32,000 bases of DNA from Candidatus Jettenia ecosi (GTDB lineage Bacteria; Planctomycetota; Brocadiia; Brocadiales; Brocadiaceae): positions 4,221 through 36,220 of the forward strand of contig SULG01000002.1 of assembly GCA_005524015.1 (NCBI GenBank). The letters are read 5' to 3'. This document shows, one piece after another, positions 18,311-27,979 of the stretch. The notes beneath the pieces were generated by a model. The model was given only the letters and a program-made list of their open reading frames with translations. It was not told where the DNA came from and did no database searches. The position numbers and the translations under genes are program-made. Position 1 is the first letter of the stretch. Every line of letters starts with the position of its first letter.

Positions 18311-19123
18311 TTGACAATGAAAGATATCCGCATGAATCGTGGTGATAACTCCGGTTATGATCACATTGAATTCGAGGAAATCAGGGCACATAATGGTAAG
18401 GCCATCGGTATTATTTATCTGAAAAAACCTCCACGAAACTCTATAGGCTCATGGCTTCTGGATGCCCTCTATGATAAGATGGATCAGTATGAGGGTGATG
18501 AAAGGGTGGGCGCTATTATTATTGCCAGTAAACTAAGGAGCGTCTTTAGTGACGGCGCTGACCGTGATGAGCTCTTTGGCGCCTGGATATCGGGTCTTGT
18601 AGCTGATAAGAACTATGAACGGTTTCATCGCGCTCATGAGATGTTTGTGGAGATTGAAAATTGTAAAAAGCCTGTTATTGCTGCCATAAACGGAGTTACG
18701 ATCGGCGCTGGTTTAGAGCTTGCTATGCTGTGTGACCTGCGTATTGCATCTGAACTTTCCTTTTTCAGCCTGCCAGAGGCAAAGCCTGAACTGAGTATTA
18801 TTCCCGGTCTTGGAGGCACGCAGCGTTTGCCCCGTTATATCGGTATGGCGCGTGCTAAGGAGATGCTGTTTTTAGGAAAGATGATCCGTGCTGAGACCGC
18901 TTTGGAATGGGGTCTCATTAATCAAATTTCACCTCATAAAGAGGTTATAGACCATGCCGTAGTTTTGGCAGAAACGCTGTTAGAACGAGATGCAAGGGCG
19001 CTCAAAGAGATGAAGAAATGTATCAACTTTGCGGGAGAGAACGATATCCTGAAAGGTATCGAATATGAGGTAGGTCTCTTTGCAGAGATGATGCGATTAA
19101 AATTTTCGAATAAGGGTAAATAA
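18311..19123 (+). CDS. Enoyl-CoA hydratase/isomerase family protein
   Basis: Crotonase motifs 'PVIAAINGVTIGAGLELAMLCDLRIAS' and 'LPEAKPELSIIPGLGGTQRLPR', with both catalytic Glu positions retained. Confidence 0.93.
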   Translation: MTMKDIRMNRGDNSGYDHIEFEEIRAHNGKAIGIIYLKKPPRNSIGSWLLDALYDKMDQYEGDERVGAIIIASKLRSVFSDGADRDELFGAWISGLVADKNYERFHRAHEMFVEIENCKKPVIAAINGVTIGAGLELAMLCDLRIASELSFFSLPEAKPELSIIPGLGGTQRLPRYIGMARAKEMLFLGKMIRAETALEWGLINQISPHKEVIDHAVVLAETLLERDARALKEMKKCINFAGENDILKGIEYEVGLFAEMMRLKFSNKGK

Positions 19124-19195
19124 GGCATATTTTTGAAAATGCTTCCCATATTTTTTACCTTATAAAGAAAAACGACTAATCAAAAGGAGGTAATT

Positions 19196-19939
19196 ATGGA
19201 GTTCAAGGATACCGTAGCAATTGTTACAGGTGGTACCCGGGGTATAGGCAAGTCAATCGCATTGGAACTGGCAAAAAACGGCTGCAACATAGCCTTTAAC
19301 TACAATAAAAATACCGATGCCGCCCATCTTCTGGTAAAGGAAATTGAATCGATGGGTACCAAGGCCATTTCTTTCCAGGTAAATGCAGCCAGTTTTGAAG
19401 GCGCTAAGAATATGGTAAAAGAAGTGAAGGATAGATTTGGAAAGATTGATTTCCTGGTAAATAATGCCGGTATTACCCGTGATAAACTCCTCGCTTTAAT
19501 GGCAGAGAATGATTGGGACGATGTTATCAATACCAATCTCAAAAGTGTTTATAATTTTTCTAAATCGGTGATTACCCAGATGATCAAACAAAAATCCGGT
19601 AGTATCCTGAATATAACCTCAGTAAGCGGAATAACGGGAATAGCGGGTCAGGTAAACTATTCTTCCTCCAAGGCCGGTATGATAGGATTTACCAAGGCCC
19701 TTGCCAAAGAGGTGGGGAAGGCAAATATTACGGTAAATGCGATAGCCTGCGGCTTTATTGAAACAGATATGACGGCAGTTTTACCTCAGGAATATAAGGA
19801 TAAAATGATTGAGATGATTCCGGTAAGAAGATTTGGCACACCTGATGATGTTGCCAAAGCCGCGATTTTCCTGTTATCAGACCATGCTAAATACATTACC
19901 GGTCATGTAATTAGTGTCGATGGTGGTTTAGCAATGTAG
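19196..19939 (+). CDS. fabG: 3-oxoacyl-ACP reductase (SDR family)
   Basis: 'TGGTRGIGKSIA', 'NNAGITRD', YxxxK 'YSSSKAG', C-terminal 'ITGHVISVDGGLAM'. Confidence 0.95.
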   Translation: MEFKDTVAIVTGGTRGIGKSIALELAKNGCNIAFNYNKNTDAAHLLVKEIESMGTKAISFQVNAASFEGAKNMVKEVKDRFGKIDFLVNNAGITRDKLLALMAENDWDDVINTNLKSVYNFSKSVITQMIKQKSGSILNITSVSGITGIAGQVNYSSSKAGMIGFTKALAKEVGKANITVNAIACGFIETDMTAVLPQEYKDKMIEMIPVRRFGTPDDVAKAAIFLLSDHAKYITGHVISVDGGLAM

Positions 19940-20016
19940 AAAGAGAGTGGAGTCCTGATTCCTGCAGGAAACGTTACCGTACTGTTGCACCTATTGTAAA
20001 TTGAAAGGTAAAGACT

Positions 20017-20328
20017 ATGCTATTTTTATTAAAAGTTGAAATAAAACAAATGCCTCCTTTGCCGGTAAAAGACTTTTTGGAATATGTGATAAAAGAATGG
20101 GAATATTTTTCACGATTTCAAAGGCGTGGCAAGATTATAGCAGGTGGGAAATTGGCCGGTAAGAGGGGGGCTGCGGCTATAATCGATGCTGAATCCAATG
20201 AAGAGATGGAAGAGATCGTCTCAAAATTACCGCTCTTTCCGTTCTTTACCGATATAGAAATCACGCCCCTTGTGCCTATGGAGAAGGCGCTTCTGGATAC
20301 CAGGAGGATTCATTCGCTGATGAAGTAG
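20017..20328 (+). CDS. Muconolactone delta-isomerase-like small protein
   Basis: 103 aa; 'EYFSRFQRRGKI', 'IIDAESNEEMEEIVSKLPLFPFFTDIEITPL' resembles the muconolactone isomerase family. Confidence 0.8.
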   Translation: MLFLLKVEIKQMPPLPVKDFLEYVIKEWEYFSRFQRRGKIIAGGKLAGKRGAAAIIDAESNEEMEEIVSKLPLFPFFTDIEITPLVPMEKALLDTRRIHSLMK

Positions 20329-20333
20329 CGGCG

Positions 20334-21626
20334 CTAATGTTGAGGATGGTCCGTATGATGAAAAATTCCAAATAACTTTTTGATGGTTTCCACATATCGA
20401 TATCCACCTCCGTTTTTCGCCTCTTGTTTTGCTACCTTTGCCGGGTGGTGAAGGAGTTTATTAATGGTACGTTCAATAGTATAAACAACTTGTTCCCATT
20501 CTCCATCTTGCATGTTTTTCAGTTTTGGTTTTAAACGATTTAACTCTTCCCTGCCGATCGCATGAAAATGATTCCGCAACAGGGTTATTGCAGGTTCTAT
20601 CTTTATTTCCTCAAGCTTTGCCATAAAATGTTCTACTTCCTCTTCAATAATACTACGGCATTTTTCTATCTCTCTGGTTCGCTCATCGATGTTTTGGCTT
20701 ACGACAGATTGTAAATCATCAATGTTGTAGAGATATACATTGTCAATTTTGGCAATATCAGGTTCAATATCTCTTGGAACGGCAATATCTATGAGGAATA
20801 TAGGATTTCCCCTCCGGTGTTTAATGGCCTCTTTTATCTGCTGGGTATGAATCACATAGTGAGGAGCGGAGGTGGAGCTAATAATAATATCAGCCTTTGC
20901 GAGGTATTCTCCCAGTAATTCATATTTAATGGCCTGGCCATGGTATGTGTGAGCAAGTTCCTGTGCACGTTCAAATGTGCGGTTTGCAACCACGAATGTA
21001 CGCGCTCCTTCTTCATACAGATGCTTTATGAGGAGTTCGCACATTTCACCGGCGCCTACCACGAGAACTATTTTTCCGGTAAAATCCTGAAATATTTTTT
21101 CGGCAAATTCTACTGCTACAGAACTTATAGAGACCTTTCTCTTTCCAATAGAAGTTTTCGTATGCACGATTTTAGCGACATTGAGCGCCTGCTGAAATAG
21201 CTGATTAAGAACCTTTCCTGTGGATTCCTGCAAAGACGCTATGGTGTAAGCTTCTTTAACCTGTGACAGGATTTGTGATTCTCCTAATACCATAGAATCA
21301 AGACTGGTAGTGACAAAGAAAAGATGATTAACCGCCCGGCCATCCTTGTTATGGTACATATAAGGGGAAAAAACAGGTAACTCAACCTTGTGGAAATCAG
21401 CAAGGAATGAAAGGACATCCTCTGCCTGAATAGCGCCATCTAAAGAGGATACATATATTTCAACCCGGTTACAGGTCGATAAGATAACAGCTTCTGCCTT
21501 TTGATATTTTTGAAGAAAACAGGATAAAGCTGTGGGAATATTATTAGCATTAAAAGCAAGTTTTTCTCTAACCTCTACAGGGGCTGATTTATGGTTCAAC
21601 CCTACAACTAAAATACTCATGTCCAA
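20334..21626 (-). CDS. hemA: Glutamyl-tRNA reductase
   Basis: 'MSILVVGLNHKSAPVEVREKLAF', 'STCNRVEIY', 'ESQILSQVKEA', 'VVGAGEM'. Likely start is the MSILVVG Met, two codons inside the ORF. Confidence 0.97.
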   Translation of the reverse strand: MDMSILVVGLNHKSAPVEVREKLAFNANNIPTALSCFLQKYQKAEAVILSTCNRVEIYVSSLDGAIQAEDVLSFLADFHKVELPVFSPYMYHNKDGRAVNHLFFVTTSLDSMVLGESQILSQVKEAYTIASLQESTGKVLNQLFQQALNVAKIVHTKTSIGKRKVSISSVAVEFAEKIFQDFTGKIVLVVGAGEMCELLIKHLYEEGARTFVVANRTFERAQELAHTYHGQAIKYELLGEYLAKADIIISSTSAPHYVIHTQQIKEAIKHRRGNPIFLIDIAVPRDIEPDIAKIDNVYLYNIDDLQSVVSQNIDERTREIEKCRSIIEEEVEHFMAKLEEIKIEPAITLLRNHFHAIGREELNRLKPKLKNMQDGEWEQVVYTIERTINKLLHHPAKVAKQEAKNGGGYRYVETIKKLFGIFHHTDHPQH

Positions 21627-21675
21627 TCCTTAGTCAAATAGAAACGATATAGAATTTCGGTTGCAGCCTAATTTT

Positions 21676-22584
21676 TTATTGAATATGTAAAATCTTTGTA
21701 TGAGATTGTTCGTTGACATTCTGAAAGGCATGTTTAGACCCCATAAAGAAGGTACCGATAAAGGTAAAAAGCACAAGGCAAAAACCTGCAATAGTCAAAC
21801 ATGCGATCTTTGTGCCGTGAAAAGATGCGACAAGGCGCATATGCAGCAACGCTGCGTATATGAGCCAGGTTGCCAAACCAAGAATAACCTTGTAATCCAA
21901 ATACCACATCTCGCCTAAAATATTTTGTGTTTTTACCCAAAAAGTACCAAATACAAGTCCTAAGGTGAGGAGAGGAAAGCCAAAAGAAATTGTTTTCCAC
22001 ATAAGCTTGTCAATTCCTTCCAATGAGGGCAATTTATTGAAAAGAGGGCCAAATAACTTATGTTTTAATTGTCTTTGCTGTGTTAAATACATGATACTCA
22101 GGCTAAAGGATATGGTAAAGGCGGCGTATCCTACAAATATAGGGATAATATGCGCTATAAGCCAAAAGTTCTGAAGATGCACGGTAATGAGCAGATTTCC
22201 TCCATCAAATGTAAGCGCCCATAGTGAAAGCGCTGTAACAACAGGAATTAAAAAAGTATCCAGAGAGGGTAATCTGTAAAGATAATCCAGGTTGATGTAA
22301 ACAAAGAGAATACACCAGAGTAATGATATGAAGGATTCGTATACATTGGTTATCGGGATATTGCTTGATTCAAAACCCAGGAATACCAGAAAACCGCTGT
22401 GAATAAAGAATCCCATCATCATAGACCACTTGACTACTTTTCTATTGAAAGCATGCGGTTTTACGATGGATCCTATAGACCATACCGAAGATATGAAATA
22501 GAGGATTATAACAATTATAAAAGGAGTATGTGGTAACGATATCATATTCCTAGATAATTTAAGGGATAAACATTCATTAATCAA
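21676..22584 (-). CDS. CcsA/HemX-like cytochrome c biogenesis membrane protein
   Basis: Multi-TM; 'GGNLLITVHLQNFWLIAHIIPIFVGYAAFTISFSLSIMYLTQQ', 'TFWVKTQNILGEMWYLDYKVILGLATWLIYAALLHMR' typical of CcsA. Confidence 0.85.
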   Translation of the reverse strand: MINECLSLKLSRNMISLPHTPFIIVIILYFISSVWSIGSIVKPHAFNRKVVKWSMMMGFFIHSGFLVFLGFESSNIPITNVYESFISLLWCILFVYINLDYLYRLPSLDTFLIPVVTALSLWALTFDGGNLLITVHLQNFWLIAHIIPIFVGYAAFTISFSLSIMYLTQQRQLKHKLFGPLFNKLPSLEGIDKLMWKTISFGFPLLTLGLVFGTFWVKTQNILGEMWYLDYKVILGLATWLIYAALLHMRLVASFHGTKIACLTIAGFCLVLFTFIGTFFMGSKHAFQNVNEQSHTKILHIQ

Positions 22585-22716
22585 CCAAAATCTTAAAACA
22601 TCATCTTAATTTTTGCATTTTTTTTATTTGACAAAGACACGGTTGTCCGATAACCTAAGATTCTATCGTACTATGAACGTAATTATCTGAAATAATGTTC
22701 ATATTGAGGAATTGTC

Positions 22717-22953
22717 ATGGATGAAAATATAAAGAAGATAACGAAAAAGACCAGTATTGGGGATGTGATTAAGCAATATCCTGAGACGGAACCTGTTATA
22801 AAAAAATATTTCGGTTCCGGTTGTTTTACATGTCCAGGCTCAAAGATGGAAGACATTTCATTTGGCGCCACGATGCATAATATTGATCCTGATATTGATC
22901 CTGAAGTAATTATTAAAGAATTGAATGAAGTTATTAGTAAGAAAAAAGGTTAA
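22717..22953 (+). CDS. DUF1858-type small protein
   Basis: 'SIGDVIKQYPETEPVIKKYFGSGCFTCPGSKMEDISFGA'. Confidence 0.85.
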   Translation: MDENIKKITKKTSIGDVIKQYPETEPVIKKYFGSGCFTCPGSKMEDISFGATMHNIDPDIDPEVIIKELNEVISKKKG

Positions 22954-22985
22954 CTATTTCATAACATAATCAAGGAGATTGATCA

Positions 22986-23204
22986 ATGAGAGAAAAAGTA
23001 GAAGAAGCGCTTAATCATATTAGACCTGCACTTCAGGCGGATGGTGGTGATATTGAATTAGTAGATATAGAGGGAGGTATTGTGAAGGTGCGCCTGAAAG
23101 GAGCTTGCGGAACTTGCCCAAGCGCGCTCATGACGCTAAAGTATGGTGTGGAAGAACGTCTTAAAGAAGAGATCCCTGAAGTAGAATCTGTGGAACTTGC
23201 ATAG
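22986..23204 (+). CDS. NifU-like C-terminal (Nfu) scaffold domain protein
   Basis: 'ALNHIRPALQADGGDIELVDIEGGIVKVRLKGACGTCPSALMTLKYGVE', CxxC motif. Confidence 0.92.
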   Translation: MREKVEEALNHIRPALQADGGDIELVDIEGGIVKVRLKGACGTCPSALMTLKYGVEERLKEEIPEVESVELA

Positions 23205-23240
23205 TTCGGTTTTATTTTGTTAATAGTTTACCGCAGAGTT

Positions 23241-23342
23241 ATGGAAGATTTTATAGAAAAGATAACAAATGAATTGTGTGCTTCTTTAAGAAAAACAAAT
23301 TCTTGTATTGCATTATCCTCTGCGGTAGGCTTATCCTTATGA
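23241..23342 (+). CDS. Possible 33-aa small protein
   Basis: MEDFIEKITNELCASLRKTNSCIALSSAVGLSL, in frame and co-directional, between the Nfu-like and ATC-hydrolase-like genes. Weak support. Confidence 0.25.
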   Translation: MEDFIEKITNELCASLRKTNSCIALSSAVGLSL

Positions 23343-23367
23343 GAATACTACTATTAAGGAGTTTTAC

Positions 23368-24045
23368 ATGAGTTTAGTACTTGGTCCCATACATCACTGG
23401 ATGTACGGGAAAATAAAAACCACGGAGGCGCGGGAGTCTGCTATCATTTCTGCATTTAAATCAAAGTACGGTGCAGAAGCGGACGACCTTCTTGTGCAGG
23501 TATATAAAAAATATCCAAAATCGAGTGTTAACAAACCGCTTGAAGAATTATTGGCCAACAAATCAATTCATCAGGGAATCCAAAGCCTTATTATAGAGGT
23601 GGAGACGAGAGAAGCTGCTGTGATTGCTGCTTTCTGTTCCAAATATCATGATGCTGCAAAAGTAGCCGCAGAGGCTGCGCATAAACACGGAATAAACTGT
23701 GGTAAAGAAGCCATCAAGAACAAAGGACTGTCAGGAGCCGATTGCAACAATACATCAAAAGCATTTGAGGTAATGGGAGATTATCACAGTGATGGGATGC
23801 CCTGTGACCGGGGAGCACAGATAGTATCAGAATCTGACAAACGTACCTTATGGGATCACGAAAGTTGTATTCATGAGCAATACTGGAAGAACGCAGGAGC
23901 GGATTTTTTAACCATGTGTACTGTCATTAATGAATGGATCGCAGGGTTTGGTGAAGGAATACAGAGTAAGATCAGATATAAGAGAGAAAAAGCTATTGCA
24001 GCAGGTGATCCATCCTGTTTAGGTAGTTTCGAAATTAAAGACTAA
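23368..24045 (+). CDS. L-2-amino-thiazoline-4-carboxylic-acid hydrolase-like protein
   Basis: Cys/His-rich C-terminal region 'CDRGAQIVSESDKRTLWDHESCIHEQYWKNAGADFLTMCTVINEWIAGFGE'. Confidence 0.6.
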   Translation: MSLVLGPIHHWMYGKIKTTEARESAIISAFKSKYGAEADDLLVQVYKKYPKSSVNKPLEELLANKSIHQGIQSLIIEVETREAAVIAAFCSKYHDAAKVAAEAAHKHGINCGKEAIKNKGLSGADCNNTSKAFEVMGDYHSDGMPCDRGAQIVSESDKRTLWDHESCIHEQYWKNAGADFLTMCTVINEWIAGFGEGIQSKIRYKREKAIAAGDPSCLGSFEIKD

Positions 24046-24052
24046 ATAAGGC

Positions 24053-25078
24053 ATGTCAGAACGTTATGTCCGGCAGACAATGTTTTATGGTATAGGCAAT
24101 CATGGCCAAAAAATACTTATGGATAAGTCTGCCGTGCTTATCGGTTGCGGCGCCTTAGGCTGCACCTCAGCAAACCTTCTTGTCCGCAGCGGAATTGGAT
24201 GCCTGAAAATTGTAGACCGTGATTATATTGAAGAAAGTAATTTGCAACGCCAATCCTTATTTGATGAAGAAGATATAAAAAAAAACCTCCCCAAATCTGT
24301 CGCCGCACAAAAAAAACTTCAAGCAGTTAATTCCCATATCCGGATTGAATCCTGTGTTGCTGACCTTAATCCATCGAATATAGGATCCCTTTTAGAGAAT
24401 ACCGATATTGTTATTGATGGAACTGATAATTTTGAAACACGGTTCCTGATGAATGATTATTGTGTGAAAAAAGAGATACCCTGGATTTATGGGGCATGCA
24501 TCGGGTCTGTAGGTTTAATCATGGATATTGTTCCGTCAAAAACGCCCTGTTTGCGGTGTCTGCTTGAACATATCCCGCCTTTTGGCACCACAGAAACATG
24601 CGATACGGCAGGGATTATTGCGCCCATTGCAAGTATTATTGCTTCTATCCAGGTAGCAGAAGCATTAAAGATCTTAACAAACAACTTTGATGCCTTAAAT
24701 AACGGTCTTTTAAAGATAGACATCTGGCAAAATGAGATAAAAAGATTGCATGTCGGGGAGATCAAAAGGAAGTCTGACTGTGTAACATGCAAACAACATT
24801 ATTATGAATTCCTGTCCAAAGATAGCTATTCAATGACCACCTCTTTGTGTGGCAGAAATGCCGTACAAATTTTACACCCCAACAGATCAAAATTAGATTT
24901 AACGCAGCTTGCAGCACGACTTGAAAAAGTAGGAACGGTCTCTTTTAATAACTTTTTATTACGGTTAAAGACAGAGAAATATGATATAACAATATTTCCT
25001 GATGGACGCTCAATTATTTCTGGCACAAATGATGTGTCTCTGGCAAAAGGGCTTTACGCAAAATATATAGGAATGTAA
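24053..25078 (+). CDS. ThiF/MoeB/HesA-family adenylyltransferase (E1-like)
   Basis: 'RYVRQTMFYGIGNHGQKIL', 'VLIGCGALGC', 'DRDYIEESNLQRQSLF', 'GTDNFETRFLMNDYC', CxxC zinc sites. Confidence 0.93.
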   Translation: MSERYVRQTMFYGIGNHGQKILMDKSAVLIGCGALGCTSANLLVRSGIGCLKIVDRDYIEESNLQRQSLFDEEDIKKNLPKSVAAQKKLQAVNSHIRIESCVADLNPSNIGSLLENTDIVIDGTDNFETRFLMNDYCVKKEIPWIYGACIGSVGLIMDIVPSKTPCLRCLLEHIPPFGTTETCDTAGIIAPIASIIASIQVAEALKILTNNFDALNNGLLKIDIWQNEIKRLHVGEIKRKSDCVTCKQHYYEFLSKDSYSMTTSLCGRNAVQILHPNRSKLDLTQLAARLEKVGTVSFNNFLLRLKTEKYDITIFPDGRSIISGTNDVSLAKGLYAKYIGM

Positions 25079-25084
25079 TACATT

Positions 25085-26233
25085 ATGATCTATCTCGATA
25101 ATGCAGCAACAACATTTCCAAAACCGGAAATTGTTTATAAGACAATGGACACATTCTATCGGACCTTAGGAGCGAACCCTGGCCGCTCAGGCCACAGGAT
25201 GGCAGTGGCGGCAGAAAAAGAAATTGAGGATACACGCGATGTTGTTGCGCGATTATTTGGTATCAAGGATTTGCGGCGATTTGTTTTTACGTTTAATGCC
25301 ACTGATGCGATAAATATGGGAATTAAAGGATTACTCAAAACGGGCGACCATGCCATTACAACTCATCTTGAACATAATGCTGTATCCCGGTCTCTTTATA
25401 GTCTTGAGAAAAAGGGCATCATCACAATAACCAAGGTTAAAAATTCTCCGGAAGGTCTTATTGATCCAAATGATATCAAGGCTGCTATTACGTCCAAAAC
25501 CCGATTAATCGTTATGGCGCATGCTCCTAATGTTCTGGGTACGATTCAACCAATTAAGGAAATTGGCTGCATTGCAAGAGAACATGATATTTTGTTTATG
25601 GTAGATGCTGCTCAAACGGCGGGGGTATGTGAAATCGATGTTAATAAGTATGCCATTGACATGCTTGCCTTTACAGGACACAAAGGTACGTTAGGACCAA
25701 CAGGGACTGGCGGATTGTATGTAGGAGAGCGATTAACGCTTGACCCCTGGCGGGAAGGCGGTACAGGTTTTGAGCCTGCATCATTATCGCAACCGGAAGA
25801 GTTACCGTTCAAACTCGAGAGTGGGACACCCAATACGGTGGGTATAGCAGGTCTGAGGGCCGGTATTGAATATATTGCATCCACAGGTATCCATACCATC
25901 AGAATGCATGAACAAAAATTAATCAATAAACTCATACTGGCGCTAAAAGATGATCAGCGTTTTATCCTGTATGGAACGCAGGAGATATCGAAGAAAGTAG
26001 GCATTCTTTCTCTCAATGTAAAAGGATTTAAGCCGGCGGAGATTGGAGCCATCCTTGATCAGTCTTTCGATATTGCGGTGCGTCCGGGTCTTCATTGTGC
26101 TCCTTTTGCGCATCAAATGATGGGGACATTTCCCGATGGAACCGTAAGGATAAGCCCCGGATGTTTTACTACAGAGGAAGAGATAGATCAACTCATAGCT
26201 GCACTCGGTCAAATTGCGAGTGAGAAAATATAA
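25085..26233 (+). CDS. SufS/CsdA-like cysteine desulfurase (class V aminotransferase)
   Basis: 'IYLDNAATTFPKP', 'DAAQTAG', 'FTGHKGTLGPTGTGGLYV', 'RPGLHCAPFAH'. Confidence 0.93.
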   Translation: MIYLDNAATTFPKPEIVYKTMDTFYRTLGANPGRSGHRMAVAAEKEIEDTRDVVARLFGIKDLRRFVFTFNATDAINMGIKGLLKTGDHAITTHLEHNAVSRSLYSLEKKGIITITKVKNSPEGLIDPNDIKAAITSKTRLIVMAHAPNVLGTIQPIKEIGCIAREHDILFMVDAAQTAGVCEIDVNKYAIDMLAFTGHKGTLGPTGTGGLYVGERLTLDPWREGGTGFEPASLSQPEELPFKLESGTPNTVGIAGLRAGIEYIASTGIHTIRMHEQKLINKLILALKDDQRFILYGTQEISKKVGILSLNVKGFKPAEIGAILDQSFDIAVRPGLHCAPFAHQMMGTFPDGTVRISPGCFTTEEEIDQLIAALGQIASEKI

Positions 26234-26524
26234 TCAGGCCGGAAAGATAAAACATCTGCAAAAATGCGTGAAGATATACCTGTTTTTATCAATTTCACAA
26301 AATAATATTTTCTGTTTGCATTATTTCCTTTTGTTCATGTATAATCCACATTCGATTGATAAGTAGGTTGTTCGCTTAGATAGTTTACAAGTCATTTTCT
26401 GTTTGATTTGGTTTTATAGGTTTGCTCTTTTGTGGAAGCGAAGTACTTAAGAATAATTGTAGTTTGAGGTATCATGTATAAGCTTTGTATATATCGGGAA
26501 ACTATAATATCCTAATACGGTAAA

Positions 26525-27745
26525 GTGAATAATCTAATAAAATATTTTAAGACAAGATCCTTCGTAGTTCTTTTTGCAGTTTTTTTCATAGCTGCCCATC
26601 CAAATGCTTATTCTTTTGACTATCACGAGCCAGTTCTCTCAATTACCAACTTTCTTGATTCACTCTCGTATGATTATAAAGGTTTTAACATAAAACTTAC
26701 AGGAATATCAGTTGGTGAGACCTATGATGATAATGTTACCTTTCAAAATGAGAATGAAGAAGGCGATTTTATAACGGATGCGAGTATCGGATTCGGTATA
26801 AGCTACACCGGTAAAGCCAGTAGTTTTGCATTAATAGGTAATTTACACAGTCAGGCATTTATGAAGAATAGTGAATTCAACAATATCTCTGAAGATATTG
26901 ATTTTAGTTTTAATCATGAATTCTCAGAAAATGATCGCTTGAGTTTAAAAAATGTCTTTGTTTATTCAGAGGCTCCTCTCTTTTTCCGGGATGATTTTTT
27001 TGATGAGCAGTTTGTAAGAGAAGGGGGAAGATTTAAACATTATACAAATCGTTTCAATATTGACTATACAAAAGATATCAGCAGACAGATTTCTGTTACC
27101 GTGCGATATATGAATGATCTAAATGCATTTTCTGAGGTTGATATACAAACTTCATATCTCAATAGTGGAGGTTTTGAAATAGGTTACTTATTAAGCTCTG
27201 CTACCCGTTTCTCTGTATCGTACGATATCCTTCACAGACAATTTGAAAATGCTGAGGATGCCTTAGTAAACACCATTACTACGGGAATAAGGCAATATAT
27301 AACGAAAAAGCTTTATTTTGATGGTGGAGTTGGTGTCGATTTCATAGATTCTTTTGACGATAAAAACTACACCAGACCGCTTTATTTCGCATCAGTTACG
27401 TATGAAGTAGATGAAAGAACGAGTGCAGGCATTTCATTCTTAAAGAAAAATAGTACCAATGCTTATACCGCAGATATTTTTAATGAGTGGAGGACAGCAA
27501 TTAACTTCGAACGGCAGATTTTAGAAAGATTTGGATGCGCATTTTCTGTTTTTTATGGCGATGGTGAATATGTTTCTTCAAATTTCCAAAGAGAACTGTT
27601 TGGAGTAAAAACAGGCTTAACTTATGATATAAATAAGAATTTGCGTGCGGATCTAACCTATTCCTATTCAGATTTGAGCTCTAATATTCAGACTACTGAA
27701 TACGAAAAAAATACTATTTTCTTAGGATTAATTGCAGAGTTTTAA
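26525..27745 (+). CDS. Outer-membrane beta-barrel protein, EPS-locus-associated
   Basis: Signal-like N-terminus, alternating amphipathic strands throughout, C-terminal 'NTIFLGLIAEF' ending in Phe. Confidence 0.75.
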   Translation: MNNLIKYFKTRSFVVLFAVFFIAAHPNAYSFDYHEPVLSITNFLDSLSYDYKGFNIKLTGISVGETYDDNVTFQNENEEGDFITDASIGFGISYTGKASSFALIGNLHSQAFMKNSEFNNISEDIDFSFNHEFSENDRLSLKNVFVYSEAPLFFRDDFFDEQFVREGGRFKHYTNRFNIDYTKDISRQISVTVRYMNDLNAFSEVDIQTSYLNSGGFEIGYLLSSATRFSVSYDILHRQFENAEDALVNTITTGIRQYITKKLYFDGGVGVDFIDSFDDKNYTRPLYFASVTYEVDERTSAGISFLKKNSTNAYTADIFNEWRTAINFERQILERFGCAFSVFYGDGEYVSSNFQRELFGVKTGLTYDINKNLRADLTYSYSDLSSNIQTTEYEKNTIFLGLIAEF

Positions 27746-27979
27746 CATAATAAAAAATTAATTAAAGACTCTATATACAAAATTCCAATTCCCTTTGTCA
27801 TTCCCAGGCAAGTGGGAATCCGGATAAAATAACATCTTCCATCACGGACAAACGGAGTTTGTCCGCACCATTCTACATATCAATTTACCTATTTATTGAT
27901 TGTGAACCCTTTGAGCATAAAAAGTTCTTCCTAAAATATTCTCCATAAAATCCTCAAAATTTTTACTTTTCCTTACTGT

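Noticed and set aside
11445-20328. Direct claim that this cluster makes ladderane lipids
   Set aside because: Gene content fits published candidate-cluster types, but no sequence feature proves cyclobutane formation. Kept as a hypothesis only.
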